Program-made: the position numbers and the translations under genes
In this document: piece by piece, positions 26,536 through 39,951 of the stretch
How positions within the stretch are numbered: the stretch's first letter is position 1
Layout of the letters: the number at the start of each line of letters is the position of its first letter
Assembly: GCF_964188315.1 (NCBI RefSeq)
Contig: NC_135656.1
Location: 70,990,001 to 71,054,000, forward strand
Origin: Podarcis muralis
Taxonomy: Eukaryota
Length of the DNA stretch: 64,000 nucleotides
Reading direction: 5' to 3'
The notes under the pieces: generated by a model
Seen by the model: the letters and a program-made list of their open reading frames with translations, nothing else
Told to the model about the DNA's origin: nothing
Databases searched by the model: none

Positions 26536-26999
26536 GTGAGAGCTCTGTGCTTTCTCAAGTCCAGTGCTGAGGACTGGGCAAGGCCTGGTCAGGTTGATAC
26601 CAGTCGGGCAGGTTAGGGCGGGTATCTGGGTGCCAGCCCAGTGGAGGCCCAGTTTCAGCATACATCCATGAGCCTGCTTGTATGAGAGAGTTGCTCTCTC
26701 AGCTTTGCCTCTGCCTCGGCCCTGTGGTAAAGCATTAGGGTCCACCCCATTCTTAGGCCTTCCTGCACTTCAGCTTATTGAGCCCCTTGTTGAGCCTTAG
26801 GTCAGTTCTCCATGTGGATCTTGCTCTCCATGTGGACCCAGCTGAACTGGGACACTGGCTGGAAGGAGTCTTTCATGGCAGGGGTGGGGCTCTAGCAGCA
26901 GTAAGGGAAAAGGGTTTTTGGGGCAGAGGTCTAGGGCCCCATTCAGCAGAATGAGCAGGGGGGCAAGTGTCGTGAGGCATTTCGAAGTAAGTGAACTAA

Positions 27000-27245
<246 letters not shown>

Positions 27246-28687
27246 TGACTGTGGCTGATTGAGGTCTGGTCTGGCGAGGGGAGGGGCCGAAGATAAGTGG
27301 TAGAACACAGGCATTTTGCACACAGAAGGACCCAGGTTCAGTCCCCAGCATCTCCAGGTGTGGCTGGGAGAGACTCCTACCTGAAACTGGAGATCCACCT
27401 TGACAGAGAAAACTGTGCAAAAGCTACATGTTCTAGAATGTAGAATAGGGATGCATTCGCCCACATATGTGCACATAGGCAGCCAAAACATGGACAGTTT
27501 TAAAAACACATGACTTTGAAGGAATAGCTTGTGATTATTATAATATTTCTATGAAGACATTACGTTGTTCAAATCCTAAGCAACCATTCATATTCTAAAG
27601 CAAAACAGATTTCCACATTTTTAGTTACATTTTTTTTGTCCCATGCATTTATATCTTCCAAATCTCAACCAAAGAACATCATTTCCTTTGAAAAGTGCCA
27701 CTTTGCAATCCAGCTTTGTATAATTAGGCATAGGTTGTTTTTTGACCCATTGCAGCCAAATCCCATAGTCAAAATAACCAAGTTTTAACACCTGATCGAC
27801 TTGTGCCCTTATATACATGTTTTTCATATTTTATACATTTGGATAAAAAATGCACACAGATTGTTTTGAATGTTCTGAATGTATCCACATTGGGCTCCTC
27901 CAGACTGGTTTGGTTTTTTTGCAGTTGTATGCTGCAACGTATGTAATACACTAGTGTTGGATTTACACTGGACCATCCACACACAGTTCTGCTTTACTAC
28001 ACTTCCCCAATGTTACAGTATTGTTGACATCTGGAGGGACACTCTTGCACTGCTATTAGTTTTAGCATAAGTAGTATTCCAATTTATTACCCTCTCTTCA
28101 CCTTAAAGTCCCAGGGCAGGTTACAATAATGCGATTGTTGCTGTGGCACAACAAAAGCCGGACAACTCCCCACCCACCCATGTGGTATAAAATTTAAGCC
28201 GGAAGCTCCGGTACCTGTACCCATTGGAAATGTCCATCTTGAAACCTTTGCAGGTGCAAACGCTATTGAAAGCGGAATCATGTAGAACTGCCCTGATGCC
28301 AGTGTGAGCAAAACGCATCATAAATGCAAACTAGAAAGGGTTTCTGGGGGAGCTCCATTGTGTGGATGGCTAAATAGATAAACAAAACAAATCTGAATTG
28401 CTGCCCTTAGAGGACGGCAATATGATTTATTTATTTATTTATTTATTTTTGCAACTTGCGGTGTTCTGTTCTGTTAGTGCCTGTTAGTGGGTCAGCAGAG
28501 AGCAGGGGTGGAGGCTTAATTTATCTCTCCCTGTTGGGGGGTGGGGGGAAGGTTAGCGAAAGGTTCACTTTCTAGCTAGAGTATTCTCCTGTGGCTGGGA
28601 AAGGGATTGCCATCCTCCAGCTGGAAGACTGCAGGCCAGTGACTCCTTTTCTCCTTCTCTCTCTTCCTCTGCTTGGTCTCTCTTCAG

Positions 28688-28757
28688 ATGATGTATTTTT
28701 GCTGCCAACCAGAGACAAGCGCAACCCTTTGCTGTATGCTGTTTTCACCACCTCCAG
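28688..28757 (+). CDS. SEMA3B: SEMA3B exon 9 (70 nt)
   Basis: cttcag|AT...AG|gtaagg; (H)DVFLLPTRDKRNPLLYAVFTTS. Confidence 0.96.
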
Positions 28758-28910
28758 GTAAGGATAATGGTGGTTTCCTCCACTTTCAGCCGGGTTTCCT
28801 TTCCCCAAGAGGCTGTAAAGGTAGTGTCTGACCTTCTGGGAAATGTCCCCCCAGACATGTTGGAGGGTGTGGGGTGGAGACACACACCACCTGGTTATTC
28901 CTTCCCCTAA

Positions 28911-29102
<192 letters not shown>

Positions 29103-29546
29103 TGATGAAATGAAGCCAGGTTCAAACTACTTAGAAACCATTTGGCAGGCAAGCGGTATATAAAATTTAATAGTAATGATAATAATAAAAAAGTAACAGC
29201 GGTGCTTGTTGATGTAGAGATGTGGGAACACCCAGAACAATGTGTTTGGAGAGTTCTTGGCTAGATGGAGAGAAGAGCGGGCTGAAATGAGGAAATGGGG
29301 AAATGGGCTGGGGGAGGATGGGCCAGGATTGTGGGGTACTGACAGTATTCTATGAAACTTCAGGGCTTCAGAAAACTAAGGAAATTTGGGCATCACCAGA
29401 GCTGCCTGGAAGGGTAGCGGGGGATTAAAGGTAGGGTGTGATTGGACTGGAAAGGGGTGCATGGAGGTCTGTGATGTGGTGTTTCTAGGAGTAGATGGTT
29501 TTTACATGCCTGGGCCTTCAACTCTCCCTCTCCCTCTCCCCTTCAG

Positions 29547-29766
29547 TGTCCCAGCAAAACCTTTGGCACATTTAGTTCCACCAAGGATTTCCCTGATGAC
29601 GTGATTCAGTTTGCTCGCAACCACCCGTTAATGTACAACTCTGTGTTGCCACATGGCCAGCGACCCATCTTCCTGCAGACCAACGTGGGCTACACCTTCA
29701 CCCGCATCGCAGTAGACCGAGTGGCTGCTGCTGACGGCCACTATGACGTCCTCTTCATTGGCACAG
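29547..29766 (+). CDS. SEMA3B: SEMA3B exon 11 (220 nt)
   Basis: cttcag|TGT...G|gtgtgt; CPSKTFGTFSSTKDFPDDVIQFARNHPLMYNSVLP...DGHYDVLFIGT. Confidence 0.97.
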
Positions 29767-30582
29767 GTGTGTCTGCACGCCTCCCCTTCTGATATGCCTA
29801 CCAAGTTCCCTTCTGCTTCTTAAAACAGCATGCTAGGATGCCCACAGTTCAAGGGTCAAAATGTGCATTCTGGTGACCAACTCTAGGTAACCCTTAGCTC
29901 ATTCCTTGTAGAGCACTCCCTCCAGGTGTGTAGGGCAGCAGTGGGGCACCTCAGGCCCTCTAGGTATCTCTACACAGCCCTCAGGACTTTTCCCTGGCCT
30001 ACTTCTTGCCCTGCTTGAGTTCTTTTCCCTGACTGGAATATATCCTTCAGCGGTGATAATTTCAGGCATGGTTCAATTTAGGGCCTCCTTTAGCTGCTAT
30101 TAACTTTAAAATGTGTGCACACACACACAGAGGAGATGCTGTTCATTGATCTCCCGCCTTGTTTCTAATTGCACAGTCACTGTGTGTAGTGAAACGTTAT
30201 ATGCTTTCAGCTAGAACCCTTGTCCTGTTGCCTTCGCCTCCCCCAATCCTGTTGGCCACATTCCCGCTTTCAGCTGGTGCACTGAGAGCTTTGATTTAGC
30301 ATAAGATCAAAGGAGACTGGAAACAAGATCCCTAAAGGGACCAGCTTAAGTGCCCCAAATCCTTGGAAACTTGGCACATTTTGTTGACCTCATCTCTTTT
30401 GTATGAACCAAATTGCCTGGCTTTCAGCTCTTCTTGCATGGCGTCTCTGTGGCTTTGAGAAATCTTTCCAGGGGGAGGCGAATAATAGTTCTACAGAGCT
30501 ACCTTTGGAACTTGGGAAGCATCTGCCTGCCTGCCTGCGAATCCCCCTTTTGTTGTGCTAAATTGTCCTACTTGCCTGGCAG

Positions 30583-30674
30583 ACATTGGCACTGTCCTGA
30601 AGGTCGTCTCTGTGCCCAAGGAGAGCTGGCAAAACATGGAGGAGCTGCTGCTGGAGGAGCTGCAGGTGTTTAAG
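30583..30674 (+). CDS. SEMA3B: SEMA3B exon 12 (92 nt)
   Basis: tggcag|AC...AAG|gtgagt; [31 protein letters not shown]. Confidence 0.96.
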
Positions 30675-31121
30675 GTGAGTGTGAGCGAAAGGGGAAGGCT
30701 GTCTTAGCTGAAGCCAAGCACAACTGTGCAATGAAAGGACTGTGATGTCCACTCAGGGGCTCCATCTGGCCTAAATATTTCAGAGTTTTCCCTGAATGCT
30801 ACAGAAGCTTAGAATGTGATGTGGCGCTCGTGTCCTGCTTGCAGGTTTCCTGTAGTTTGGCCACTGTGAGAACAGGATGCTGGACTAGATGGGCCTTTGC
30901 TCTGACCCAGTAGGGTTCTTCTTATGCCCGTCTTGTATAAAACTCTGATGGTGGCGACAGTCTTCAGGGCTTCACTTGAGAAACAGAGACAGTAACCTGG
31001 GTGCCCTGGGAAAGTGCTTGGATTCCTGATTGCATAGGAGCAATCCTGAAGAAGAAGAACTGGGATACTGATTGCCTGTCACCAACTCAGTCACACTGCA
31101 ATTCCTTTTTCTCATTGGCAG

Positions 31122-31163
31122 GACTCCTCTCCAGTTACAAGCATGCAGATCTCCTCCAAGCGG
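31122..31163 (+). CDS. SEMA3B: SEMA3B exon 13 (42 nt)
   Basis: tggcag|GAC...CGG|gtacgt; DSSPVTSMQISSKR. Confidence 0.95.
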
Positions 31164-31786
31164 GTACGTCGTGCAGCAGAAGAGCTTTGGGGAGCCATGG
31201 TGTGGGAATGTGAAAAGGGAGGCAATGCAGTGATGACTTCTGCATGCAGTTGGGGAGAGAGCTCAGCAGTGGGAGATTATCTGAACAGGGCCTGGTATTC
31301 ATACAGATATATGTTTCCAAGTAAGAGAGTCTATCAGAGGTCCTCTGATGATGAGGCTGTCCCACCTCCTTCAAGACACCCTGTCCCATCCATCTGCCCT
31401 GTGGTTGGTTTAAGTAGGGTTGCCACATGTCCAGATTTTCCCAGACATATCCAGAATACTGCAGTCAGCAGCAGTGTCTGGATGAAAATCGATAAAATGT
31501 CTGGGAAATTCTGGATATATGGCAGCCAATGTTGGCAGTGCTGCCGTTTTTCTATTTCAGTTCTCTTCCTTCCATCAACAAGTGTCAGGCCACTCTAGGT
31601 TTCTCCATGGTCAAGCTAGCAGTTCCCATGCTTTTCCAATGAGAGCTCTGGGCTTCTTTATCTCTGGGAAAGCCTCGTACCCACCTCTTTTGGACTGTGG
31701 TGTCAAAGAGGCCAGAATCAGGTGTAATACAAGCGGCAGAAGACATTGACTTGGCCTTAATAGGACTCTGTGGCTTTGTCTCCTAA

Positions 31787-31972
<186 letters not shown>

Positions 31973-32519
31973 TGAGAGCAGGGCGGGCCAGAGAGTGATA
32001 ATGGAGCCTGCCTGTTGTCTCTTGGGCCACCTACCCTCTTGCTGCCAGCCAGCTGTGATCTGGTTTGGTGGGAGATTTCCCCCCCATCTCCTGTTGGCTT
32101 GCCTTGAGGAGTGCCCAAAGGGACACAGACCTACATCCTGACAACATCCCCGTATGACATGGGCACTGTCTGCTCTTGCCTGCTTAAGAGCCTGCTTCTC
32201 CTCTGAAGCCATAGGACAGGTGCTGCTGATACCAAGATGTGGGGAGGAAATAGCTCCTGGCCACTACATTCAGCTGGATCTGTCTTATCCAGGAGCAATA
32301 TTCTCTAGGTTGCCCAGGATGTGCACTGTAGGATCTCAGTTCTAAGATGCTGTGACTGGAACCCAAGCAGGACAAGAGCAATCTTGCTGCACGGCCCCTC
32401 TGAGGAGAAGATTTGTCTTCAGGAAAAGCCACACATTCCAGCCCACCTCAGAAGTACAACATACCCTGCTTTTGATTCCGATCAACCTTTCTGTGCGCTC
32501 TCTCTCCCTCTTCTTGCAG

Positions 32520-32575
32520 GCGGTTCCGGCGTCAGGATGTGCGAAATGGGGATCCCAATGTGCTCTGCTTTGGAG
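32520..32575 (+). CDS. SEMA3B: SEMA3B exon 15 (56 nt; KRRFRR furin site)
   Basis: ttgcag|G...G|gtgagt; RFRRQDVRNGDPNVLCFG. Confidence 0.96.
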
Positions 32576-33279
32576 GTGAGTGCATTTGGACCCTACACTC
32601 TGCGTCATTCATGCCCAATTTGGTGTGTCCACCATCAGCAACAATGTAAGATGTAGCATGGCCTCAGACTACTGCACTGAATTAGTTCTAGATGCAGTGG
32701 AACGTGTGCCTTCCCACCCTCAGCACATATGCATGCATGCACTCTCTTCTCTCACACCTGGCATATAGTACTGAATGCCAGAACCAGAAGAGCACTGAGA
32801 AAACATGAATTCTGCTCAGTGTCCCACTATCCTCTCCCCACGATTAAAAAAGAAAAAGAAATGGCACACTCAGCAGCAAGTGTTCCTCAACTTTCAAATT
32901 ACTGCATGGAAAAGGAATTGGACCCTAGAAGAAACTAAATTCACGCTCATTCATTTATCCAAAATACATTGAGCACAGCTGCACATACAATCTTTCTTTC
33001 ATTACAACTGACTTTAGAGCTTAGTTGCTCACTTAAGAATAGATTCTTTTAAATATAGCCAGGACAGCATCCTGGATCCATAGATTGTTCCCTCAAAACG
33101 CACCCCATTTTGTAGCCAGCTTGGACTTCTGTTTAGATTTCTTCATGCCTTGCTTCAGCTCTGGCCTCAGCACATCCCTGTGTGTTCGTTGTCCTGCCCC
33201 CATACTCCTGCGCTGAGATTAACAGATGACGTCCTTGAGCTCTCACGACTTTGTGCTGTCCCTTCCTGCTTCTGTGCAG

Positions 33280-33419
33280 ATCCCCAGCGAAGCAGCGTCC
33301 CAGAAAAGAAGTTATATGGAGTGGAAGGCAGCAGCGCTTTCCTGGAGTGCCTCCCTAAGTCACTGCAGGCCCAGGTTGTGTGGACGTACCAGAAAAGCAG
33401 CAGCGCCCCCCGGAAGGAG
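33280..33419 (+). CDS. SEMA3B: SEMA3B exon 16 (140 nt; Ig domain start)
   Basis: gtgcag|AT...GAG|gtagga; DPQRSSVPEKKLYGVEGSSAFLECLPKSLQAQVVWTYQKSSSAPRKE. Confidence 0.96.
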
Positions 33420-34057
33420 GTAGGAGCTTGGCTGCTATGTGCACGTAGATCAGGGTCACCAAACGTTTTAGGCCAGTAGTTACATTTTGAATTTGGTTGT
33501 GGGTTCCAGTCACAAAACAGCGGCTGCCATTGATGGCAAAAGGCATGTACATCAGCCACTGCCACACACAATCACAGAGAGAAGCTCTTTGTACTTCTCT
33601 GTTCAGAGTGGAAGGAAGGGTGTCCTATCCTGGCATCCAACGAAAGGTGCCTGCCCATATTTAAGAGGCGTATTCCACATAGGAGTGGCTGAGCCAGTGC
33701 AAACAGGAACTAAGCAGGAAAAAAAACAAACAGCCTCTCATGCATTGTGGAATTTTGAGCGGATCTTTGCCAAAAGCTTTTGCGGGTATCATAGGAGGGT
33801 ACCATCAGGAACACCCTGGCACCTGGGGGTGCTAAGTTGGTGACCCCTGATATAGAAATATAAGAGAGAATGAGAAACAAAGCTGGCAGAATCTAGAGTG
33901 GCCAGATGGTCGGGGTAGAAATATTAAAATTAATATTATTAGTAGTAGTAGTGGTAGTAGTAGTTTTACTTTCTCAAGCTACCTCAGCCTCCCTTTGGTT
34001 CCGAAACCTCCTGATATCATAAGTATCTTTTTGCCTCTGTGATTTTATGAATTCTAT

Positions 34058-34099
34058 AATTAATTAATTAATTAATTAATTAATCAATTAATTAATCAG

Positions 34100-34129
<30 letters not shown>
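34058..34129. repeat. (AATT)n/(AATC)n compound microsatellite
   Basis: Direct reading. Confidence 0.9.
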
Positions 34130-34130
<1 letters not shown>

Positions 34131-34630
34131 GTGGCCTCCACTTCCTGCACATTCCCTTCATCAGATTCTTCCTCCATCAGTGCAGGCCCCACTGCTTATA
34201 GCAGGGACCTGTCTCCAAGCAGGTACCTAGGATTTATTTAATTTATTTTTTTAACCATTTATATGTCTGTGGATCGCAGTAAAACATCAGCCCTGACTAC
34301 TGGTCCTGTTAGCTAGGGATGATGGGAGTTGTAGTCCCAAAACATCTGGAAGGCCAAGTTTGGCCATGCCTGCAAGCGGTTTGCAAGAAATATTTTAATT
34401 ATCAGAGAGTTTTGAAACAATTACAAACATTTAAAAACAGTTAGAATTAACATTAAAGGCAATTAAAATATGCAAGCATCTATGTGTTTGCACAGGCCTT
34501 ACTGTTGATGGGGCCACCCTCCCTCCTGGTTCTTGAATCGTTATTCCTGCCTGTCCCATCTCAGTTCCTCACCCCTATTGATGACCTCTCACCAATGCTA
34601 TCCTTTTTCTCTGGCCTTACTAACCTGCAG

Positions 34631-35092
34631 GTGCTGTTGGATGACCGAGTCATCAAGATGGAGCGGGGGATCCTGTTGCGCAATGTGCAGCGCAAAGATG
34701 CTGGCCTCTACCACTGCCACGCCACGGAGCACGGCTTTACCCAGAGTTTGCTGCACCTCCAGCTTGAAGTGATTCACGCCCAGCAGGCAGACTCGCTCTC
34801 CGTCTCCCGGGAAGAGGAGCCCGCGCAGCCCTTCCACCGCAAGCTCTGGTACCAAGATTTCTTGCAGCTGGTGGACCACCCCAACCTCAGTACCATGGAC
34901 CAGGTATGTGAGCAGCTGTGGAGCCGCAAGAGCCACCAGCCGAAGAAGAAGCCGCCGCTACCCCCTCCGCTCAGCGTCAAGGCCAAGAGCCACAAGTGGA
35001 AGCACCTGGAGGACAAGCGGAAAGGCCGCAGCCGGAGAACACACGAAGTGCCCCGTGCGGAGAGGGGGCCCCGGAGCACTGACGTCTGGTGA
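34631..35092 (+). CDS. SEMA3B: SEMA3B exon 17 (Ig domain end, basic tail, stop)
   Basis: ctgcag|GTG...TGA; ends RKGRSRRTHEVPRAERGPRSTDVW*, like recalled human SEMA3B (...RAERGPRSATHW). Summed CDS is 2289 nt, 762 aa, with no internal stop. Confidence 0.97.
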   Translation: MLLDDRVIKMERGILLRNVQRKDAGLYHCHATEHGFTQSLLHLQLEVIHAQQADSLSVSREEEPAQPFHRKLWYQDFLQLVDHPNLSTMDQVCEQLWSRKSHQPKKKPPLPPPLSVKAKSHKWKHLEDKRKGRSRRTHEVPRAERGPRSTDVW

Positions 35093-37065
35093 CCTGCATG
35101 GAGTGCAGCTGGACAACCAACCTCTATGCTGGGGAGCAGGGTGGGCGTGTAGGGAAAGGGGTGGGAGAGAGGATGCAGGACCATGGTTTGGTGGAGAGGG
35201 CTTCCTTTCCATCCTCCTGGCGGCCGCTTCATTCGTAGTTTGTAGGGGGGGTGTTGTCGTCATAGCAACTTAGCTGCCATTCTTCAGAACTCGGTGCGAA
35301 GCAACAGAACCCGACAGGAGAGGGTGGCTTCTGTAGCCCTCGCCTCTTCCGTAACATACAACCAAAGATGGTGGCAGCAGTCTCGGGGGACCAAAGGAAC
35401 CAAGTTATGATGATATCCTGTGCAGTGGGAAGTAAACCAGACAGCATACGCCAGGAGTTGTGGTCCCTTTTTTCTTACCCTCAAGGATCTGCTGACTGTC
35501 AAGATGTAATTCTGGGGCTGAGGAGCCTTCTAGCTCTGGAGCGTCTGTTCGTGCTCAGAATCTTCCTCTGAAGAGGACAGTCCCCCGACGCATCCCTCTG
35601 TCTTGATAGGCAGGGTGCCTACCCCGTTTCCTCTCGCTTCCATAACCAAACCGACCTGCCTTGTGCGCATAAGTGTAGCAATGTGCTCTCCCCCTCCAGA
35701 GACACTACAGAACCACTGATGTATTTATTAACAGATTGTTAACTGATGAATGTAAATCCACCACCAGGTGGCCCACCAGCATTTAGCCTCTGACTGAAGG
35801 GACAGGGCTCCTGTTGCCCAAAGGATTGTGGGTACACTTCTGAAATGTTTTGGATGTGCATGTGGCAATGATGATGGTAACAGAGATGAGGAACTGTGGC
35901 ATATCTCCTACGCTCTCAGATCTATATTTTATATGGCCCTCAGGGGATTCTTCATCAGACTGAGACCCCCTCAAGTGGCAGGGCAGTAACAGAAAGGCAG
36001 TTAACACACTGGTAAAATATTGAAGTTGAGGCCCTGTCATTACACAAGGATGTTTGTAAGGTCATGTTGAGCAGTGGAGGTGTCTATCTGTCCTTCCTTT
36101 GAAGGTTATTGCCAGAAGAATGATGGCCAACCAAGGTTTGTTCCCTTCTTCGGTCTGCTCTGGGGCCCAAGTCACCAGCCAAAACCCATCGGGAGCAGTA
36201 TCTAAAAGAGTGGCCCAGACCTCCCCTTCTCCATCTGTTTTGGGCCATATCTCCCACCTTCTCTTGGCCATGTTGACTGGGGGTGATGGGAGTTGTAGTC
36301 TAAACCATTTGTAGGGCACCATCTTGGGAAAGCCTTGGCTAGACCAAATGAGGACACTCATTTTGAATTCTTCATTTTGGGAGTGCCTTGTGAGGCACCT
36401 CTGTGGAGTGCCCAGAAAGGTGTGGTCATGCAGATGAAGCTCATCTGTCCCTTAGATATGCTGGGGAGGTGTTGATCTCTGTGTTGCTTCCTGTTAGGTT
36501 TCAGTCTGAAGGGAGGTGGAGGTGTTGGCCTGATAGAGGCAATGCAGTCTTGTCTTGGATTAGGATTTGGGCAGCAAGGGTCTGAGATAGATAGATGTGC
36601 TCTGATTTAAGATATATAAGCTGTTTCTGTGGTATCTGAAACATTAGAAAAGGGTGATATCAGCACTACCTAGTCAAGCTGAAAGTCGCTGTCTAGTGAA
36701 ACAGAAAGTGAGACTGGAGCCCACCATCTTAAAGAACAGAGCAGAACCAATGGTTAGTTATTAAATTCACAGTTCACAGCCAGTAAAAGGAAAACTGGCT
36801 TACAGAGTTCTCAACAGCCTGTACTGTACCATTTTTTTAGTGCAAACTGCCCCTAGATTGTCCTGCCAGTGAGGAATTTCACAGCTTCTTTAAGAAAAAT
36901 TGTTGTTTTGCCTTTTATTTCCCTTTGCTTTTAGAGTAGCCTACTGCCATGGCACCTGGCTGTCCCTTTTGCCTATGTAGGGTAAAAACTTTCTCTATAA
37001 TACATGGATGTTAGAACTAATCTGAGATATTTTACAAATAGATTCTGCTACATTGTCATTCTACT

Positions 37066-37210
37066 TAGGGTTGCCATATGTCCTCCTTTTCCAGGACACA
37101 CCCTTTTTTTCATGGGTGTGTAAAATGAGTGTCGTCACAGCAATCCATAGTTAAAAGTAAAAGTTGGCAAATGTGTCCTCTTTTTTGCTCTCCAAAATAT
37201 GGCAGCCCTA
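37066..37210. mobile_element. Short TIR element (TAGGGTTGCCATA / TATGGCAGCCCTA)
   Basis: 13-bp TIRs with one mismatch; flanked on both sides by TCTACT. Confidence 0.7.
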
Positions 37211-38270
37211 TCTACTCCCCCTCCCCACTTTACCAGGCAAAGTTGCTGATTTAAAATGGAACCAATATCCCGCATGTACAGGTCTTTTAAGGTTTTCTTA
37301 AGAACACTTTTTGCAGTATTGTAAGCTACACCACAGACTGTGTGGAGCTGTGTGGTGAGGGATAAATGGCAAAGGAGAAGCAAATCAAGCTTATTACATG
37401 ATTCCAGAGTCTTTGGTCTACCCAAAAATGGACTTGGAAATGTAGTTTTCAGAGAGCGCAGAGAAAATGACAATTCCTAGCATGCCTGGCACCAGGCTCA
37501 GAGTGATAGCAGCACCAATGCCATATGAAGGAAGCAGGAGAGACCTACCCCCCTTGTCACTACCAGAGCTGCAGAAGCAGCAGCGAGGTTGACTTTTGGG
37601 TGAATGAGAGAATTTGAAGGCAGGGGGATAGGTTAGAGGAGGGATTTGACCCTGTTGGGCCTTCAGCTGGGAGCATACCTGAGTTTCCAGAGCAACTCTC
37701 TTGAAAAATAGCTGATCACATAGTCAGACTTTTCCTAGACTGTATCATTTCAGACTGCAGATATGGAACAGTTTGGTTGAATGCTGTCCTATATTTCTTT
37801 TTTTAAAAAATAAAAAATCCTTGCACATAAAAGAGGTTTAGGGAACCCCCTTCTATCCCGACATCTTGTTTTCCCAGGCAGCTGACTGAACCCTGTTGGA
37901 GACCAGGGTTTCTGAAGCCTTTAAACGGCATTAATAAAATGGCATTAAGAAAAACATAATGTCATCACTGTAATCTTCCTTGCTTGGTTATGGGGAATGG
38001 CTGTGATTTAGTATGCTGCTCAAGTCTTAGCCTGTTTCCTATAGCTAAGGGGTGTAAGGGAGAGTGTGTCATGAGATTCAATTATGCCTAACACTTCATC
38101 TTTGAGTTCTGCCTCCTACTCTCTTTTGTGCATGATTGACAGCTGTGAAGGATTCAGGCATGCATAGCTTGCCATTTCCCCTTGTATAATTTGGGGAAAG
38201 GGGTTAGACCCATTATTGTGCAGTGAGCCACACATGAGACACCCTTCTCAGCTTACATGGCACACATACT

Positions 38271-38630
38271 TGTGGTTTGAGCCTCTAGGGCTTGCCACTT
38301 GAAAGGTTTGTGGTTCGAATCCGCTCAACAGTGGTGAGCTCCCGTTGCTCTGTCCCAGCTCCTGCCAACCTAGCAGTTTGAAAGCATACCAGTGCAAGTA
38401 GATAAATAGGTACCGCTGTGGTGGGAAGGTAAACGGCATTTCCGTGAGCTCTGTCTTCTGTAACAGTGTTCTGTTGCGCCAAAAGCAGTTTAGTCATGCT
38501 GGCCACATGACCCGGAAAGCTGTCTGTGGACAAACGGCGGCTCCCTCGGCCTGAAAAGTGAGATGAACGCCATACCCCATAATCGCCTTTGACTAGACTT
38601 AACCATCCAGGAGTCCTTTACCTTTTACCT
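38271..38630 (+). mobile_element. Sauria SINE (near full length)
   Basis: ggttcgaatcc B-box, ctcctgccaacctagcagtttgaaagc, ttagtcatgctggccacatgacc, (ACCTTT)n tail. Confidence 0.9.
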
Positions 38631-39652
38631 CCCCCCTCCCCCAACTTAGGGTGTCTAAGTGTAGTCATAATAAGCTAGTAGCATAAGAACAGAAGAACAA
38701 TCCTGCTGGATCAGGCCAGTAGCCCACCTAGTCCAGCATCCTTTTCTCACAGTGGCCCACCAAATGCCTGTGGGAAGTCTGCAAGTCGGACCTGAAATCA
38801 ACAGCACTTTCCCCATTTGTGATGAAGTGGGGGCAGCTACTTTTAAACCTAGATTATTTCCCTCGTCACCATCCTGAAACTTTGTGGATGAAACTCAGCT
38901 ATTTGGCAGGTATAAGTTTTTGTTCCCCACTCCTTCCATTTGTTTCCTCTCTTCCTGTGTCCGGGAGGAAAAGATATATTGATCATGAAAACCCCCATTT
39001 GGAACCTCAGTGTTTTGGCCATTAAGGTTTCCATACCAAAGAAAGAGGCATCGGACTAACGTCCTTGGCAAGTAATTATTGTTTTACCTTATATATCTTA
39101 TCTGTTGAACCTATGATAAATTCTAAAGGAAATAGTAGCAGCGAAAATAAGTGTGCAGAGTTGCTGGACGTGAGGCATAGATGTCAGCCAAGGTGGCCTG
39201 TGGTGAGTTAACCCAGCCTCAATAGCGACTGGGTCTACTTTAAGACATGCAGCAAGTGTGCTGGATCCAGTGTGGTTGGAATATATTAACACAATAAAGC
39301 AGTTTTAACTTTGTGTGTCTGGTTTCCATAACATGGAAGTGATCACTGCATACATTTTTAGGTGCTTGCAGAACATCACCTGTTGTCCTCACTCTAAAAA
39401 CAGAGCAATGATTATGGAGGCAGACCAAACCCCCTTCTTCATTTATGGTTCCAAAACTGCAATGTACCATAGGCATGGTTTCATCAAGCTATCACCTAGG
39501 GGTCATGGAAATTAGGCCAACTGTCATGTATTACTTAAGTGAAGCCTAGGCCATGATAGCTTGTGCCATAATACATGTAGAGGTATTTAAGGTCTCCTGC
39601 TTCACTTGCTAAATTTCTGCCTATCAGGTCATTGCCAGGAACAGGGCCTCAC

Positions 39653-39786
39653 TCCTGTACCTTTGCCAGCAGTCTGGAAAGCAGAAATTTAGCAGGTAAA
39701 TCGGAGAGAAAGTGATCGTAGAAAACATTATCTGCTTTATTTCTTCTTGACAAGGCTGCAGGGGCAAGACCAGCTGGGTCACATGA
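39653..39786 (-). CDS. Candidate exon of an unidentified minus-strand gene (134 nt, or 126 nt with the donor at 39660)
   Basis: cttctcctttttcag| acceptor; the phase-0 frame is open: SCDPAGLAPAALSRRNKADNVFYDHFLSDLPAKFLLSRLLAK(VQ). Donors AAG|gtacag or GA|gtgagg. Confidence 0.5.
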
Positions 39787-39886
39787 CTGAAAAAGGAGAA
39801 GTGCACTCTGGGTAATATACACAACTTTTCTTTTTGGGTAATGCACCCAAGGAGGGTTTAGGATGGGATCTGGGGGAGCTCCTTAC

Positions 39887-39951
39887 CTTTCCCCATGGTG
39901 TCTTCAGCTGAATGGAAGCCTTAAGTGTCTGAACAGGTTTGTAGTTTCCCA
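39887..39951 (-). CDS. Candidate exon of an unidentified minus-strand gene (65 nt)
   Basis: Long pyrimidine tract ctccccacttccgttctcc...cccag| and donor AAG|gtaagg. One open frame, GNYKPVQTLKASIQLKTPWGK, ends in phase 0. A 100-nt intron separates it from the next candidate exon. Confidence 0.5.

Noticed and set aside
27510-28085. AT-rich segment resembling an L1/Tx1 3' fragment on the minus strand
   Set aside because: Translations show only faint similarity and no clear motif, so I could not support a call.
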